NCBI GenBank assembly: GCA_963727625.1
Contig: CAVSHR010000008.1
Span: 224,001-288,000, forward strand
From: an uncultured delta proteobacterium
Lineage (GTDB): Bacteria > Desulfobacterota > Binatia > UBA9968
Length of the DNA stretch: 64,000 nt
Direction: 5' to 3'
Positions 1-12,715 of this stretch are shown one piece after another. Below the pieces are notes generated by a model. That model saw nothing but the letters and a program-made list of their open reading frames with translations. It made no database searches and was not told the DNA's origin. The position numbers and the translations under genes were made by a program. Position 1 is the first letter of the stretch, and each line of letters opens with the position of its first letter.

Positions 1-299
1 GAGGTCGGGCTCTGAAAACGATAGACCACTTCGCCGGGCCGGACCATGTTGAGCTCTTCGCGGGCGAGTTTTTCCAGATAATCGTCGTCGTTGCGGATGC
101 GAAATATGCGCTGGCGCAGGTTTTCGTTTTCCCGCTGGAGAAGGAAATTCTGCTCGTCGAGCCGGCTTTTTTCGCCGTGCAAGCGCCATAGATACAAGGC
201 GCCGCGCTCGCCGACGATGGTGACCAAAGACAGCGATATAATCAGCATGCCGAGTAAATAGATCGGCCAGCGTTGGGGTAGGCTTACGCGTAGAGGCAT
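1..299 (-). CDS. ftsB: Septum formation initiator FtsB/DivIC family protein (3' end runs off window)
   Basis: Manual translation from ATG 299: MPLRVSLPQRWPIYLLGMLIISLSLVTIVGERG...coiled coil...YLEKLAREELNMVRPGEVVYRF; N-terminal TM plus E-x-x-AR-x-x-L-x-M-V-x-P-G-E DivIC motif. Confidence 0.85.
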   Translation of the reverse strand, partial: MPLRVSLPQRWPIYLLGMLIISLSLVTIVGERGALYLWRLHGEKSRLDEQNFLLQRENENLRQRIFRIRNDDDYLEKLAREELNMVRPGEVVYRFQSPT

Positions 300-352
300 G
301 GTTTGGACACTTGGCAATATAGCATATTTTATGGTTTTGTCTTGGTGAATAA

Positions 353-2357
<2,005 letters not shown>

Positions 2358-2668
2358 GGCCATGCGCGTCGACGAGCAATCGGTTCAGTTCTGATGACCG
2401 GAGACGATGCAATTGCCGATAATTTCTTATGTTTGCGCGTTTGTGGTTCTGGGAAGGTCAGGGGATCTCGGCATAGAACACAGCTCGCAGCTCATCTCTG
2501 TACGGCGAGCATTAGCCGGATGAAGTTTAGGCGCTGTATGGGTCTTGTTTGCCGCGCTTGACAGTTCTAGGTCTAAATTGTTCAATTATTGCCAGAATAG
2601 TGTGCTTGATTTCCGCCAAGCGGCGGTTTGCACGACGTATTTATTAAGTTTTTAGCAGTGCTGTCTAG

Positions 2669-2684
2669 TGGCACATAATTGGCT
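2669..2684 (+). promoter_or_regulatory. Candidate sigma54 (-24/-12) promoter
   Basis: TGGCACATAATTGGCT: GG-N10-GC spacing with perfect TGGCAC, ~270 bp upstream of the KaiC-like gene. Confidence 0.5.
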
Positions 2685-2957
2685 AGTAACAGCAGCGGAC
2701 TGATACAAATGAGGTGCAGGCAGACAAAAGTTTGCGGCGAAGAGCTGGAGAACCCGTCGGAGCAGAAGTTAGACGGCGCCCTTCATATGGAAAAACAGCC
2801 TCTAGGTTCGCCGGCTTGTCTCCGCCTGTTCGCCGCCGATAGCTCTCCGACCCGTGCGTCTTGTTCCGAAATTGGCTGTTGATCAAGAATTGACGGCTCA
2901 TCGGATAGGGTGCGGGGGGTCTCGTTATTTTCTAGTTTGTTTGTAAGCTCGTAGTCC

Positions 2958-3677
2958 ATGAAGACAGATCGGATATCGACCGGAATTACCGGGCTCGACG
3001 GATTGATCGAAGGGGGGTTGATCGAAGGAAAAACCTACTTGGTGGTCGGTGCACCGGGCACGGGCAAGACCATTTTGGGATTGCAGTTTCTGATGGGCGG
3101 CCTTCTGCAGAAGGAAAAGGGGCTGTATGTTACCATCGACGAAAAACCCGCCGAAGTCATCGAACAGGCGGCTTCGTTGGGCTGGGACCTCGGTCCCTAT
3201 GTCGAAGCCAAGGAATTTCTCATTCTTGATGCCTCCGCCTATTTTAACACAAGGATGACGGATAACCCGGGAAGGCATGTTGATGTTCAACGGGTGCTCA
3301 CCGACCTCAACACCTACATCACGAGGCTCGGTGCGTCCCGATTGGTGATCGATCCGATCGGTCCGCTGATCTTTAGCGGCGACGCGACCTCGCGCATGAT
3401 CGATCAAGCGCGCATGTTATTTTACGGCCTTCAAGCCAACGGTAAGACGACCAATCTGCTGACCACCTACGCGGTCGAGAGACAGGTGAGAGGAATCGAG
3501 GAATATTTCGTATCGGGGACCCTGGTTCTGGAAATGGAGCGGGTAAATAGCCGCTTTATGCGGACTCTGACAATCGAGAAAATGCGCAGCACGGCGCTCG
3601 AACCGGCCCAGTACAACTTCAACATTCAACCTGATTGTGGCATCGTACTGCAGGGGCTGGCCGATATTGCCGGTTGA
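2958..3677 (+). CDS. Single-domain KaiC/RAD55-family RecA-superfamily ATPase
   Basis: STGITGLDGLIEGG, Walker A GAPGTGKT, RLVIDP Walker B, IEKMRST. Confidence 0.88.
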   Translation: MKTDRISTGITGLDGLIEGGLIEGKTYLVVGAPGTGKTILGLQFLMGGLLQKEKGLYVTIDEKPAEVIEQAASLGWDLGPYVEAKEFLILDASAYFNTRMTDNPGRHVDVQRVLTDLNTYITRLGASRLVIDPIGPLIFSGDATSRMIDQARMLFYGLQANGKTTNLLTTYAVERQVRGIEEYFVSGTLVLEMERVNSRFMRTLTIEKMRSTALEPAQYNFNIQPDCGIVLQGLADIAG

Positions 3678-3765
3678 CATGAATCCACGCTGAACTTTAG
3701 CGGTACGATCCGCTGGGTCGCTTTTATTTCGCCGGACAAATTGCCTATAAAAGATTGCCGCTGCT

Positions 3766-4101
3766 TTAACTGCGCTGCATCCCAGCGTACGCGGCGATGC
3801 CGTGCGCCAAAACTTCAGCGACACCGGCGGTAATCTCGGTGGCGTCGTAGCGCACACCGATGACCGCGTTGGCGCCGAGTTGAGCGGCATGCTCGACCAT
3901 CAAGCGATGCGCGTCTTCGCGCGCCATCTCGCAGCGCTCGCTGTAATGTGTGATGTTGCCGCCGAACAGTGTCTGCACGCATGCACCGATGCTGCCAACG
4001 ATGCTGCGCGAATGCCCTACGATACCGCGTACTACCCCAAGACTTTGCCTCACTCGGTAGCCGGGAAGCTCTATCGCGGTGGTGATAAGATTAGCGTCGA
4101 T
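3766..4101 (-). CDS. YbjQ/UPF0145 family protein (start codon unclear)
   Basis: LITTAIELPGYRVRQSLGVVRG...AAQLGANAVIGVRYD...AEVLAHG; homology extends upstream of GTG 4053 with no canonical start. Confidence 0.75.
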   Translation of the reverse strand: MDANLITTAIELPGYRVRQSLGVVRGIVGHSRSIVGSIGACVQTLFGGNITHYSERCEMAREDAHRLMVEHAAQLGANAVIGVRYDATEITAGVAEVLAHGIAAYAGMQRS

Positions 4102-4238
4102 CCAAACAAACCGACTAAAATCATTAAGACAGTGAACAAGAATGTCCCCGTCATTTGTCTACCTCGTGAATTTGTTGTGCTAGTTCCCTATCATTACGAT
4201 TATGTAAAGCAAAGTGGGATAGACGATTTCTCGGCGTT

Positions 4239-4631
4239 TTAACGGCCTCGTTTGGTGAAGCGGGCGATCGCTCTGCGGTTCTTTTTCGTTGGGCGGGCGG
4301 GCGAGCCGAATTCCGGCGGGCGTTCGAGTTTGATCAGCGCGATGGCGGCTTCGCGTTGGCGCAGACTTTCCTCGGTTTCCTCGTAGAGTCGTTCTGCCTG
4401 CGCCGCCGGGCCGCGCAAACGTGTCACGGCTTTGATAATGACCGTCCATTGGTACGGGCCGCGCCGGACGGTCAAGCGCTCGCCGCCGCGAACGACGCGG
4501 CTGGGCTTGGGGCGTTCGCCATCGATCTCGATTTTGCCGCCGCTTACCGCGTCGGCGGCCAGAGACCGGGTCTTAAAAAAGCGCGCGGCCCAGAGCCATT
4601 TATCGAGCCTGATTTCTTTACAATCCTCCAT
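4239..4631 (-). CDS. hslR: Ribosome-associated heat shock protein Hsp15 (S4 domain)
   Basis: RLDKWLWAARFFKTRSLA, RPTKKNRR. Confidence 0.92.
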   Translation of the reverse strand: MEDCKEIRLDKWLWAARFFKTRSLAADAVSGGKIEIDGERPKPSRVVRGGERLTVRRGPYQWTVIIKAVTRLRGPAAQAERLYEETEESLRQREAAIALIKLERPPEFGSPARPTKKNRRAIARFTKRGR

Positions 4632-4643
4632 CGTCGCGCGCCG

Positions 4644-5405
4644 CTAACCCTTGCTTTGCGGCCAAGGAAATTCGGGTAGCGTGCTGTTCTGTAAAATTTT
4701 GTAGTCCGTCAAGTCTACCTGCAAGGGTGTTACCGAAACGTAGCCTTCGGCGACGGTTTTGCAGTCGGTTCCTTCTTCATCGGCAAAGCCGAGATCGTCG
4801 CCGCCGATCCAGTAGTACTTGCCGCCCCGCGGATCGACGCGCTCGACGATGTTTTCGCTGTAATGCCGCTTGCCCATACGCGTCACCCGCCAGCCTTTGA
4901 TCTCGTTTTTGGGGCAGGGTGGAATATTCACGTTGAGGAGCGTCTTCGGGGGAATGCCGCGCGCAGCGATGTGCTCGACCAAGGTAGCCGTGAATTCGGC
5001 GGCGGCGCGGAAATCGAAATCTTTGAAAGCCACCAGCGATACGGCGATTGCCGGTATGCCGAGCAGCGCCCCTTCGATGGCGGCGGAAACCGTGCCGGAA
5101 TAAATGATGTCATCGCCCAGGTTGGGTCCCTTGTTGATTCCGGAGACGACGAGATCGGGCTTCATCGGCAACAGGCCGGTCAGCGAAAGTTTCACGCAAT
5201 CCACAGGAGTTCCGTCGACGGCCAAACGGCGCGGCGCCAGTTCATGAACGCGCAACGGTCGGTGCAGCGTCAGCGCATGGCTCATGGAACTCTGCGCCCG
5301 GTCCGGAGCGACGGTAAAAATCTCGCCGACTTTACCGAGAATCGTTTCCAGCGCCGTGAGCCCTTCGGACTGGATGCCGTCATCGTTGGAAAGCAAAATA
5401 TTCAT
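4644..5405 (-). CDS. surE: 5'/3'-nucleotidase SurE
   Basis: MNILLSNDDG, GTPVDCV, SGINKGPNLG, YSGTVSAAIEG. Confidence 0.96.
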   Translation of the reverse strand: MNILLSNDDGIQSEGLTALETILGKVGEIFTVAPDRAQSSMSHALTLHRPLRVHELAPRRLAVDGTPVDCVKLSLTGLLPMKPDLVVSGINKGPNLGDDIIYSGTVSAAIEGALLGIPAIAVSLVAFKDFDFRAAAEFTATLVEHIAARGIPPKTLLNVNIPPCPKNEIKGWRVTRMGKRHYSENIVERVDPRGGKYYWIGGDDLGFADEEGTDCKTVAEGYVSVTPLQVDLTDYKILQNSTLPEFPWPQSKG

Positions 5406-5512
5406 GAAACCATTCTCGCAAAGTAGCCGCGAACGGACAAGCTCCCGGTGACTTGTATCGCGCGCCGCCGCTAAGCTATAAATTTGAGGCAAGTCTTAAG
5501 GAGAGATGTTCT

Positions 5513-6764
5513 ATGGCGACCGCGGAAATCGTGGCGATCGGTTCGGAATTGCTGCTCGGACAAATCGTCGACACCAATTCAGCGTGGATGGCGCAGCGGC
5601 TGACCGCGTTGGGCGTGAATTTATATTTTAAATCCGTGGTCGGCGACAATCCTGGGCGGATGAAAGAGGTGTTGTCCCGGGCGTTAGAGCGCGCCGACAT
5701 CGTCATCACCAGCGGCGGACTGGGACCAACGCAGGATGATTTGACTCGGGAAATCGTTGCCGAGGTGACCGGTCGCAAGCTGATTCAAAATGCCGCGATG
5801 CTGGAGCAGGTCGAAGAGCATTTTCGCCGGCGCGGCCGGACCATGACACCGAACAACATTCGGCAATCGTATATGCCGGAAGGAGCGATCCCGGTCAAAA
5901 ATCCCAACGGCACGGCGCCCTGTTTTATCGTCGAGGACCCGCGCGGGGTGATTTACTCTCTGCCAGGGGTCCCCGTTGAGCTCAAATGGTTGTTCGAAAA
6001 CGAGGTCGAACCTTACCTCCGACAAAAATTCAACCTGGCGGAAGTCATTCACTACCGTGTGCTCAAGATCGTCGGCATCGGCGAGAGCGCGGTGGACGAC
6101 AAGGTCGGCCACTTGATTGCTAACTCCAGCAATCCAACCGTCGGCGTATTGGCCTTGCCGGGTCAGGTCGATGTCCGGATTGCTGCCAAGGCGGCGAACA
6201 AAGACGAGGCGAAGCAAATGATCGCGCCGGTGGAGGCCGAAGTGCGCGAGCTGTTGGGCAGCGCCATTTTTGCCGCCGACGATGAAACCATGGAGCACGT
6301 CGTCGGCAAGCTCTTGCGCGGACAGAAAAAAACCGTGGCGGCGTGCGAGGATTTGACCTGTGGCCAATTGGCCGAACGTCTGCAAACGGCAAGCCTGGAG
6401 AGCTTCGGCGCGGGTTTTATCTGCAACAGCGAGAGTTCGCTGCGCACCCTGCTCAAAAATTCACAGGAGCGACAAAAGATCGACGCCCTGCTCAAAGACC
6501 CGGTAGCGCTGACGGACCAGCTCGCACGGGCGGCACGCGAGTTATCGGGCTGCGACTTTGGCCTGGCCTTGCACGCGATCGCGGACCCCGATAAGCAAAA
6601 TTCAAAATCTCGCCCGCGGTCAAACCTACGTCTCGCTTACCGACGGCCGCCATTTTCTGCGGCGCGAAAACACCAGTGCCGGGCGGGGCGCCTACGATCG
6701 CTCGCGTATGACGCTCAACGCCATCGATCTATTGCGCACGGCGCTGATCCAGGGAATGGAATAA
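5513..6764 (+). CDS. cinA: CinA-family competence/damage-inducible protein, frameshifted near 6600
   Basis: IGSELLLGQIVDTNS, GGLGPTQDDLTRE, NGTAP, LPGVP; plausible C-terminus lies in ORF 6558-6764 after an apparent extra base near the A-run at ~6597-6600. Confidence 0.85.
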
Positions 6765-6793
6765 CAATACTTCGGGTCTTCGGAGATGGGTTT

Positions 6794-8597
6794 CTAATGG
6801 GCGGGGAGCACTCTCGGGGCGAGTGTCTGCAATTGACTCAAAGGCTCTTCCAGGCTCTTGATTGCGGCAACCCAGAAATCCGGTTTCTCAAGATCTTCAC
6901 CGATCGTGCGTTTGACCACATTCTCGGCCGTGTCGCTCGCTGCGAGACGGAGAAACTCCTCATATTTGGGCAAAAAGCTCGAACCTTCTTTCTTTAGCCT
7001 GCCGTAAAGACCGCGGCTAAGCAGGTAGCCGAACATGTACGGGAAGTTATAAAAGGTCAGGCCGGTGATATAAAAGTGCAGTTTCGAAGCCCAGAAATAA
7101 GGGTCTTCGCCACCTGCCTCCAAGACTTCGCCGAGAATTTGTCGCTGAGTTTCGACCATCAATTCTTTCAACCGTGAGACGCTCAGCGGACCCGTGCTCC
7201 GTTCTTCATAAAGACGCTTCTCGAATTCATAGCGCACGGGAATATCCAAGAGATAAATCGCGCCGTGGCCGAGCTCGACATCGAGGATCAAAGCCTTTTG
7301 TTGGGCGCTGATATTGGGATCGTCGAGCAAGCCGTTCATCAAAACCTGCTCGCCGAAGGTCGAGGCGGTTTCCGCCAGGGTCATCGGGTATCCGCGCGCG
7401 TAAGGTCGCATATTCCTCATGATGAAACCGTGGAAAGCGTGGCCCGATTCGTGGGCCAGCGTCAGCACGTCGCCGAGGGATTCATTGTAGGTCATGAAAA
7501 TCCGCGATTCCTTGGTCAGCATCGAGCTGGTGCAAAAACCGCCGGGTCGTTTACTCGTGCGCGGTTCCCAGTCAATCCAGTTTTTAGCGACGATTTGCTC
7601 GCGGAAAAATGTTCCCAGTCTTTCATAGGCGCGAGCGAACGACCGGCCGACCAGCGATTGGGCAGACTCCCAGGTAAGTTTGTCTTGATCGGGGAAATCG
7701 ATCGGCGCGCCGAGATCGAACCAGGCGATCCCCTGACGGCCCATAATCTTTGCTTTCGATTGCAAAATCCGCCTCGGCACGTCCAGGTTGGCGAACAGCG
7801 CCTCGAACATGGCATCGAGAGTTTTGCGCTTAATCGCCGCTTGGAACAAGGCGATGTCGAGAAAGTGATTGACGCCGCGGTGGCGATTGAGGGTGAGCCG
7901 GGTGCCTGCGATGGCATTGAGCGCGCCGGCAGCCACGTCTTCGATCGATTGCCAGGCCAGATTGCCGCCGGTAAAAGCCGCTTGGCGAATGCGCCGGTCG
8001 GGATGCTCCAGCAACGAACGGCGCTGCGACATCGGTACGCGCTTGCGTGAGCCATCCGGGAAATCCATTTCGAATTCGAGCTTGGATGAAACCGTATCGT
8101 AGAGCCGGCCCCACGCTTGAATTCCGTCCACTCCGAGGTCGGTGGCCAACATTTCTTCATTGACAGACATGGCACGGTGAGCTTCCTCGCGCAGCCGGTT
8201 CAAGTAGTTTTGCGCGCCATCGAGAGCGGCTCTGCCGGCGAATCGACAAAACGAATCCTCCGGGCTGTCTTTGAAGGCGCGCAAGAGCTCGATGCGCACC
8301 TTGGCAAGCTCGGCGCGCGTGCGGATAAGCTCGGCTTCTTCCTTGAGGTAAGCTTCGTTATGCGCGTCGGCGGAGGTGAGGCAGGTGATGTACGAGCTTA
8401 GATGGGACATGCGCTGGGATAACTCCTCGTTGCGCAGCAGCAAGCTTTCCCAAGCTTGGGCGGATGCATCAGCTGAGGCTGGGAAGCGCCGCAGCGCTTT
8501 CACGTAACGCGGCGATGTCTTTTCGCAGCGATGCTTTGAAGCGCTGCATCTCCGCGCCGTTGAATTCTGCGAAATAACTCGTGAGATCCCAGGTCAT
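6794..8597 (-). CDS. pepF: M3 family oligoendopeptidase F, frameshifted near 8470
   Basis: HESGH zinc motif, AETASTF, FYNFPY; N-terminus MTWDLTSYF starts at 8597 in another frame. Confidence 0.85.
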
Positions 8598-8639
8598 TTT
8601 ACGGATCAGCGCAGGGTAGGTTAGAAACCCGCCCTGTGG

Positions 8640-9617
8640 CTAAATTTCCACATTCGTGCCGATTCCTTTCTCCAAGGCTTTGCGATAGACGAGATTTGCC
8701 GCAGCGACATCTTGAATCGCGATACCGACCGACTTGTAGAGCGTCAGCTCATCGCGCCGGGTCCGCCCCGGCTTGATCTTGGCGAGCACTTCGCCGATCT
8801 CGCCATGAATGTGATTTTCGCGGATCGACTTTTCTTTCAGGGCAAGCAGGATATCGCCGCACTCGGCCATGATCGCGGCACGGGAGTCGACGACGATTGT
8901 CGCGCGCGCCAACGTTTGCCCGTCGATCTCGCGCAGATCCGGGCGATGGGAACCCACCGCGTTGATATGGGCGCCGGCTTTGAGCCATTCGACTTTTAAT
9001 ATCGGTTCTTTGGCGGTGGTCGCGGTCACCACGATGTCTGCATCGCGAACCACTGCTTCCGCGCTCTGGGCGACTTCTATGGCGGCGTCTACCAGAGGGG
9101 TCAGCTCTTTCTGAACGGCGACGGCGCTGGTTCCCGACGGGCTGTAGAGCTTGATTTTCTCGATCTTGCGCACCCGGGTGAGCGCCTGGATATGCGCGCG
9201 CGCTTGCACCCCTGCGCCGAGAATTCCCAGCACCGGCGTCTCCGCATTGGCCAATATTTTTGTCGACAGGGCCGACGCACAGGCGGTGCGGATCGCGGTG
9301 ATGTAGCTGCCATCCATGGTCGCAATCATTCGGCCGGTCTCGGCGCTAAAAAGCATGATGGTGGCGAGAATCGCAGGCAGCCCTCGTTTGGAATTTTCTT
9401 GAAAGTAGGTGACGACCTTCATGCCGAGGGCTTGATCCTCAGACAAAAATCCCGGCATGCTGGTGATGCGTCCTTGAATCTGCGGCAGCGGCACGACTAA
9501 GCGCACCGGCATGACCGCCTTGCCGGTGGAATATTGGACATGGGCCTGCGCCAGAGCTGCGATCAAGTCGTCGATATTGATCAGACTCCGAACTTGTTTT
9601 TCTGAGAGCACCAGCAC
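8640..9617 (-). CDS. Ornithine cyclodeaminase/mu-crystallin family protein
   Basis: ITAIRTACAS, GAGVQA, HINAVGS, YKSVGIAIQDV. Confidence 0.9.
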   Translation of the reverse strand: MLVLSEKQVRSLINIDDLIAALAQAHVQYSTGKAVMPVRLVVPLPQIQGRITSMPGFLSEDQALGMKVVTYFQENSKRGLPAILATIMLFSAETGRMIATMDGSYITAIRTACASALSTKILANAETPVLGILGAGVQARAHIQALTRVRKIEKIKLYSPSGTSAVAVQKELTPLVDAAIEVAQSAEAVVRDADIVVTATTAKEPILKVEWLKAGAHINAVGSHRPDLREIDGQTLARATIVVDSRAAIMAECGDILLALKEKSIRENHIHGEIGEVLAKIKPGRTRRDELTLYKSVGIAIQDVAAANLVYRKALEKGIGTNVEI

Positions 9618-9679
9618 GATTATTTTGATAGCATAAAGAGCGCGGCGATGGGTAGTGGAATTAGCAGGGAGACGCCAGG

Positions 9680-10219
9680 ATGAAGCACAAACATCTTATT
9701 CAGTTGGACGAAGTCCAGGTGGACAAGATCAAGGCGCCGGAAAATTCCCGCTTCGGCGGCGAACGCCGGCGTGTCGGGGCGCATATCGGCGCAGAGAAAT
9801 TGGGCTACAGCTTTTGTGCCGTGCCGCCGGGGAAGGCGGCGTTTCCTTTTCACTCTCACAGCGGCAACGAGGAAATGATCTACATCATCGAAGGCGAGGG
9901 GACCCTGCGCTTCGGCGCGGAGGAACTGCCGATCGAGTCGCAAACGATCATCGCCTGTCCGCCGGGCAGCCACTGTCCGCATCAACTGATCAACACAGGG
10001 ACGGGCGAGCTGCGCTATCTGGTCGTCAGCACGATGGCTTATCCCGACCTGACCGAGTATCCAGATTCGAATAAAGTCGGTGCTCTAGGCGCAGCCGCCG
10101 TCGGTTCGCAGGCCGGCTTCCGGGCGTTTTTCGTTAAGGACAACAATGCCGATTACTACGCCGGCGAGGATGGCCAAGCCATCGAGCGCATCATCAAAGC
10201 GCCGCGCCGCGACGCATAG
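9680..10219 (+). CDS. Cupin domain protein
   Basis: PFHSHSGNEEMIYIIEGEG and HQLIN cupin motifs; EYPDSNK. Confidence 0.88.
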   Translation: MKHKHLIQLDEVQVDKIKAPENSRFGGERRRVGAHIGAEKLGYSFCAVPPGKAAFPFHSHSGNEEMIYIIEGEGTLRFGAEELPIESQTIIACPPGSHCPHQLINTGTGELRYLVVSTMAYPDLTEYPDSNKVGALGAAAVGSQAGFRAFFVKDNNADYYAGEDGQAIERIIKAPRRDA

Positions 10220-10226
10220 AACTTCG

Positions 10227-10448
10227 TTACTGCTTGGGTTCTTTGTCGGCTTCTTCCAGGGCGGCCTTGTTCTTGTCTTCGCTCTCCTTGAGCGAATCCT
10301 TGGCGCTATCCAGTGCGTTGAAGGGCTGGGTTACGACTTCCTTGACGGCTTCGCGGCCCTTGGACACGGTTTCCTTTTTCGCGTCGCAGCCGTAGAAAAT
10401 CAACGATCCGGCACTCACCAAAAGCATAACGAAGAACCATCTTTTCAT
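10227..10448 (-). CDS. Small putative lipoprotein
   Basis: Signal peptide with lipobox-like FYGC, charged helical body. Confidence 0.6.
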   Translation of the reverse strand: MKRWFFVMLLVSAGSLIFYGCDAKKETVSKGREAVKEVVTQPFNALDSAKDSLKESEDKNKAALEEADKEPKQ

Positions 10449-10547
10449 AGCGCGGCCTGATCCTTACCGGCGACCTCTTGCAGAGCCTTCGGCTGTTGTC
10501 AGGTCCATTGAGCAAATAATCAAAGCCCGACACTGAGCTTTCTCTCG

Positions 10548-10697
10548 GATGATGCAGGTGACGAGGGCGGCATTTCAAGCCGTGGCGAACCTGAATGAAC
10601 AGGCCACTGACTCTAAGAGCCACACCCGCGTCTAAATTTCTTTGCAGAATTCTTTCTAAATCCCGCTACCTGCTAAATTCCTATGGTAGACCCTATT
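10548..10697 (-). repeat. ~150-bp repeat, copy A (probable end of a second related element)
   Basis: Highly similar to 12775-12924; terminates in GACCCTATT, the same motif as the transposase element end. Confidence 0.8.
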
Positions 10698-10749
10698 CCC
10701 TCTCGATCAGATGGTAGAAGGCACCGTCAAACTCCGAACTGCTTCTATG

Positions 10750-11563
10750 TTATTTTTCATTAAAAACTTTACCAATTTGGTTCAAATTGATTTTTCGAAT
10801 GATCGCATGCTTGCGAATCTTCGATAACCACTCCTTGTAAGCTGGGTCGATCCGTCGTTCAACAATACAGGTAAGGACCACTTGGGTATTCTTTACTTTC
10901 CCAATCGTTTGGATCGTGAAGATATAACATATATGAGATTACGCGACTTTTGTCCTTCAATCAATACGTAAGTTCCTGGATAATCCAGATTGAAATCTGC
11001 GACGACAATATCAACCATGTCCGTATAAGATGGACTCCCTGAAGCTTAACGCTGTCTTTCAATAACCATTAAACTGTTTTGAAAACCGTCTCAATTATTT
11101 TTTCCTTCGTCGGAAGTCGAGCGGTGCTAGAAGTGACGATCCGGGCAGGTCGAAGTGCAATGTCAAAACGTTCGGCCATGACTTACGGTGTTTGGTGGAA
11201 ATTTACCCAAAAATCTGGCGGTTGTATGTTCAAGCGGTCGTTAGGCGCTGTTACGAATTGTGACAAAAGCCGTCAGAATTCTCAAGTAAGCCTTTATAGT
11301 AATATGAAAGCGGTTCTCCTTGAAAGTTTCGGAGGTGTTTACGAAGCGCAACAAAGTCCGGCCATTATAGAACTTAACATGGATAGGCAATGACTTTCCC
11401 AACTGATATTAGGACGTTTATGCCAGAAAACATCGCGGCAAATATCACGCACAATAGCATTTTTCACGGAGCCCAAGAGGACATTGATAGGTTCAGCCGC
11501 GAGAACAGAGCGAAGTAAACAAAATGCAGCAAAAAGCAGAACCATGTAAAATTGCCGATTCAC
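10750..11563 (-). pseudogene. Degenerate secreted putative immunity protein
   Basis: Signal-peptide-like N-terminus (ORF 11339-11563) directly after the toxin fragment; AT-rich, several frame breaks; 3' end approximate. Confidence 0.4.
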
Positions 11564-11575
11564 GTTTCCCTCGCG

Positions 11576-11719
11576 TTAACGTAATTGCCGATAAAAATAA
11601 GCGTTGCCAATCCGCTCCGTAAACTCAAGTTTCCCTTGATTAATAAGAGGTCTAAAACTTTCCGGTATTCTCTTTCCATGATGGTACATTATCGCTCCTC
11701 CGGTCGGATCAGGTGACTG
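11576..11719 (-). pseudogene. Orphan C-terminal fragment of a SleB/CwlJ-like cell wall hydrolase domain
   Basis: Manual translation QSPDPTGGAIMYHH...FTERIGNAYFYRQLR*; matches the DPTGGA-x-x-Y/H...T-x-x-IG-x-x-x-FY pattern; begins at the element end. Confidence 0.6.
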
Positions 11720-11746
11720 GAATCTGGTGTCAGGCCTGAGTATTGA

Positions 11747-12679
11747 CTATTTAGCCAACATTCGTGCGAGTTTCTTCTCGGTCGGCTCGTCCCGATGCGT
11801 CTCGTACCAAGCATAGAGACGGCTGATCATGGACGGATCGCGATTAAGCCGCCGCCCTAGTTCCTTCGTCGTCAGTCCACACTGTTGCCGTGCCAGGTAC
11901 ACCAGCTGCGCTCTCATGGCCACCCATCGACGCTGCCGCCCGACGTGCAGCAATACCTCGCTTTTCACATCATGGGCTTGTGCAATCGTTTCGAGCAGCC
12001 GGGCAAAGCTCACTTTATTTCCCCTTATCTCAACTTCTCGGGCTTCGCTACGCTCGGCCACCTTGCTTAAAAATCGCTCTTCACCCAAAAAGCGCTGGTC
12101 GATGGTTTCATAGTACTTCTCGTCGTGCCCCTGTTTGAACCCGTCTTCGATAAACCCCTGGTATCCCCGCCGGGCGGCTCCCAGGGTCGAGCCAAACTGG
12201 CCAAGCGTTGCTTCGGTGTCGACTTTGACGGCAGCCGGTTTGCCCAGATACGCCCCGTGGCTGCTCCAGCGATAGCGCCACGGATTCTCGGGGACTTTCA
12301 ATCGAGCCGGATTGAGATGGATATAGCGCACCAGTTCAAGCAGGTAGGCGTCGCGGTCGCAGAGGATCGCCTTGTAGCGGCCTTGAAACAGGTGGCCGAC
12401 CTTGCCGTGGCGGCGGTTGAATATCTGGGTATAGCTTCCTTGAATCCCTTGCATGATCTTGGATAGTCCAACGCGCTTGGTCTCGATCAGGATGTGGACG
12501 TGGTTGGCCATCAAGACATAAGCATGGAGCCGAAAGCCGTAGCGCTGGCGATAGTGCTCGATGCGTTGGAGGTAGCTCTGGCGGTCGTGCTCGTCGTGGA
12601 AGGTCTTCTGGCGCTGGTTGCCGCGCACGATGACATGGTACAAGGCACCGTCAAACTCGACTCGGGGCTTTCGTGCCAT
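11747..12679 (-). CDS. RAYT-like Y1 (HUH) transposase with C-terminal DnaA-C-like HTH
   Basis: YHVIVRGN, MANHVH (HUH), LFQGRY, RYIHLNP (catalytic Tyr), YRWSS; tail AQLVYLARQQCGLTTKELGRRLNRDPSMIS. Confidence 0.93.
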   Translation of the reverse strand: MARKPRVEFDGALYHVIVRGNQRQKTFHDEHDRQSYLQRIEHYRQRYGFRLHAYVLMANHVHILIETKRVGLSKIMQGIQGSYTQIFNRRHGKVGHLFQGRYKAILCDRDAYLLELVRYIHLNPARLKVPENPWRYRWSSHGAYLGKPAAVKVDTEATLGQFGSTLGAARRGYQGFIEDGFKQGHDEKYYETIDQRFLGEERFLSKVAERSEAREVEIRGNKVSFARLLETIAQAHDVKSEVLLHVGRQRRWVAMRAQLVYLARQQCGLTTKELGRRLNRDPSMISRLYAWYETHRDEPTEKKLARMLAK

Positions 12680-12687
12680 GCCGGCAC

Positions 12688-12715
12688 AGTATCAGTGGAG
12701 AAGACTGAATGTCAA
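12688..12715 (-). promoter_or_regulatory. Sigma70-like transposase promoter, probably leaderless
   Basis: TTGACA-16 nt-GATACT, 8 nt before the ATG, no Shine-Dalgarno; similar in copies 2-4. Confidence 0.55.

Noticed and set aside
2958-3677. Circadian clock KaiC
   Set aside because: Single domain only, and no kaiA or kaiB.
6600-6997. Long C-terminal extension of the 514-aa CinA ORF
   Set aside because: Frameshift artefact overlapping the convergent pepF gene; the plausible C-terminus is in ORF 6558-6764.
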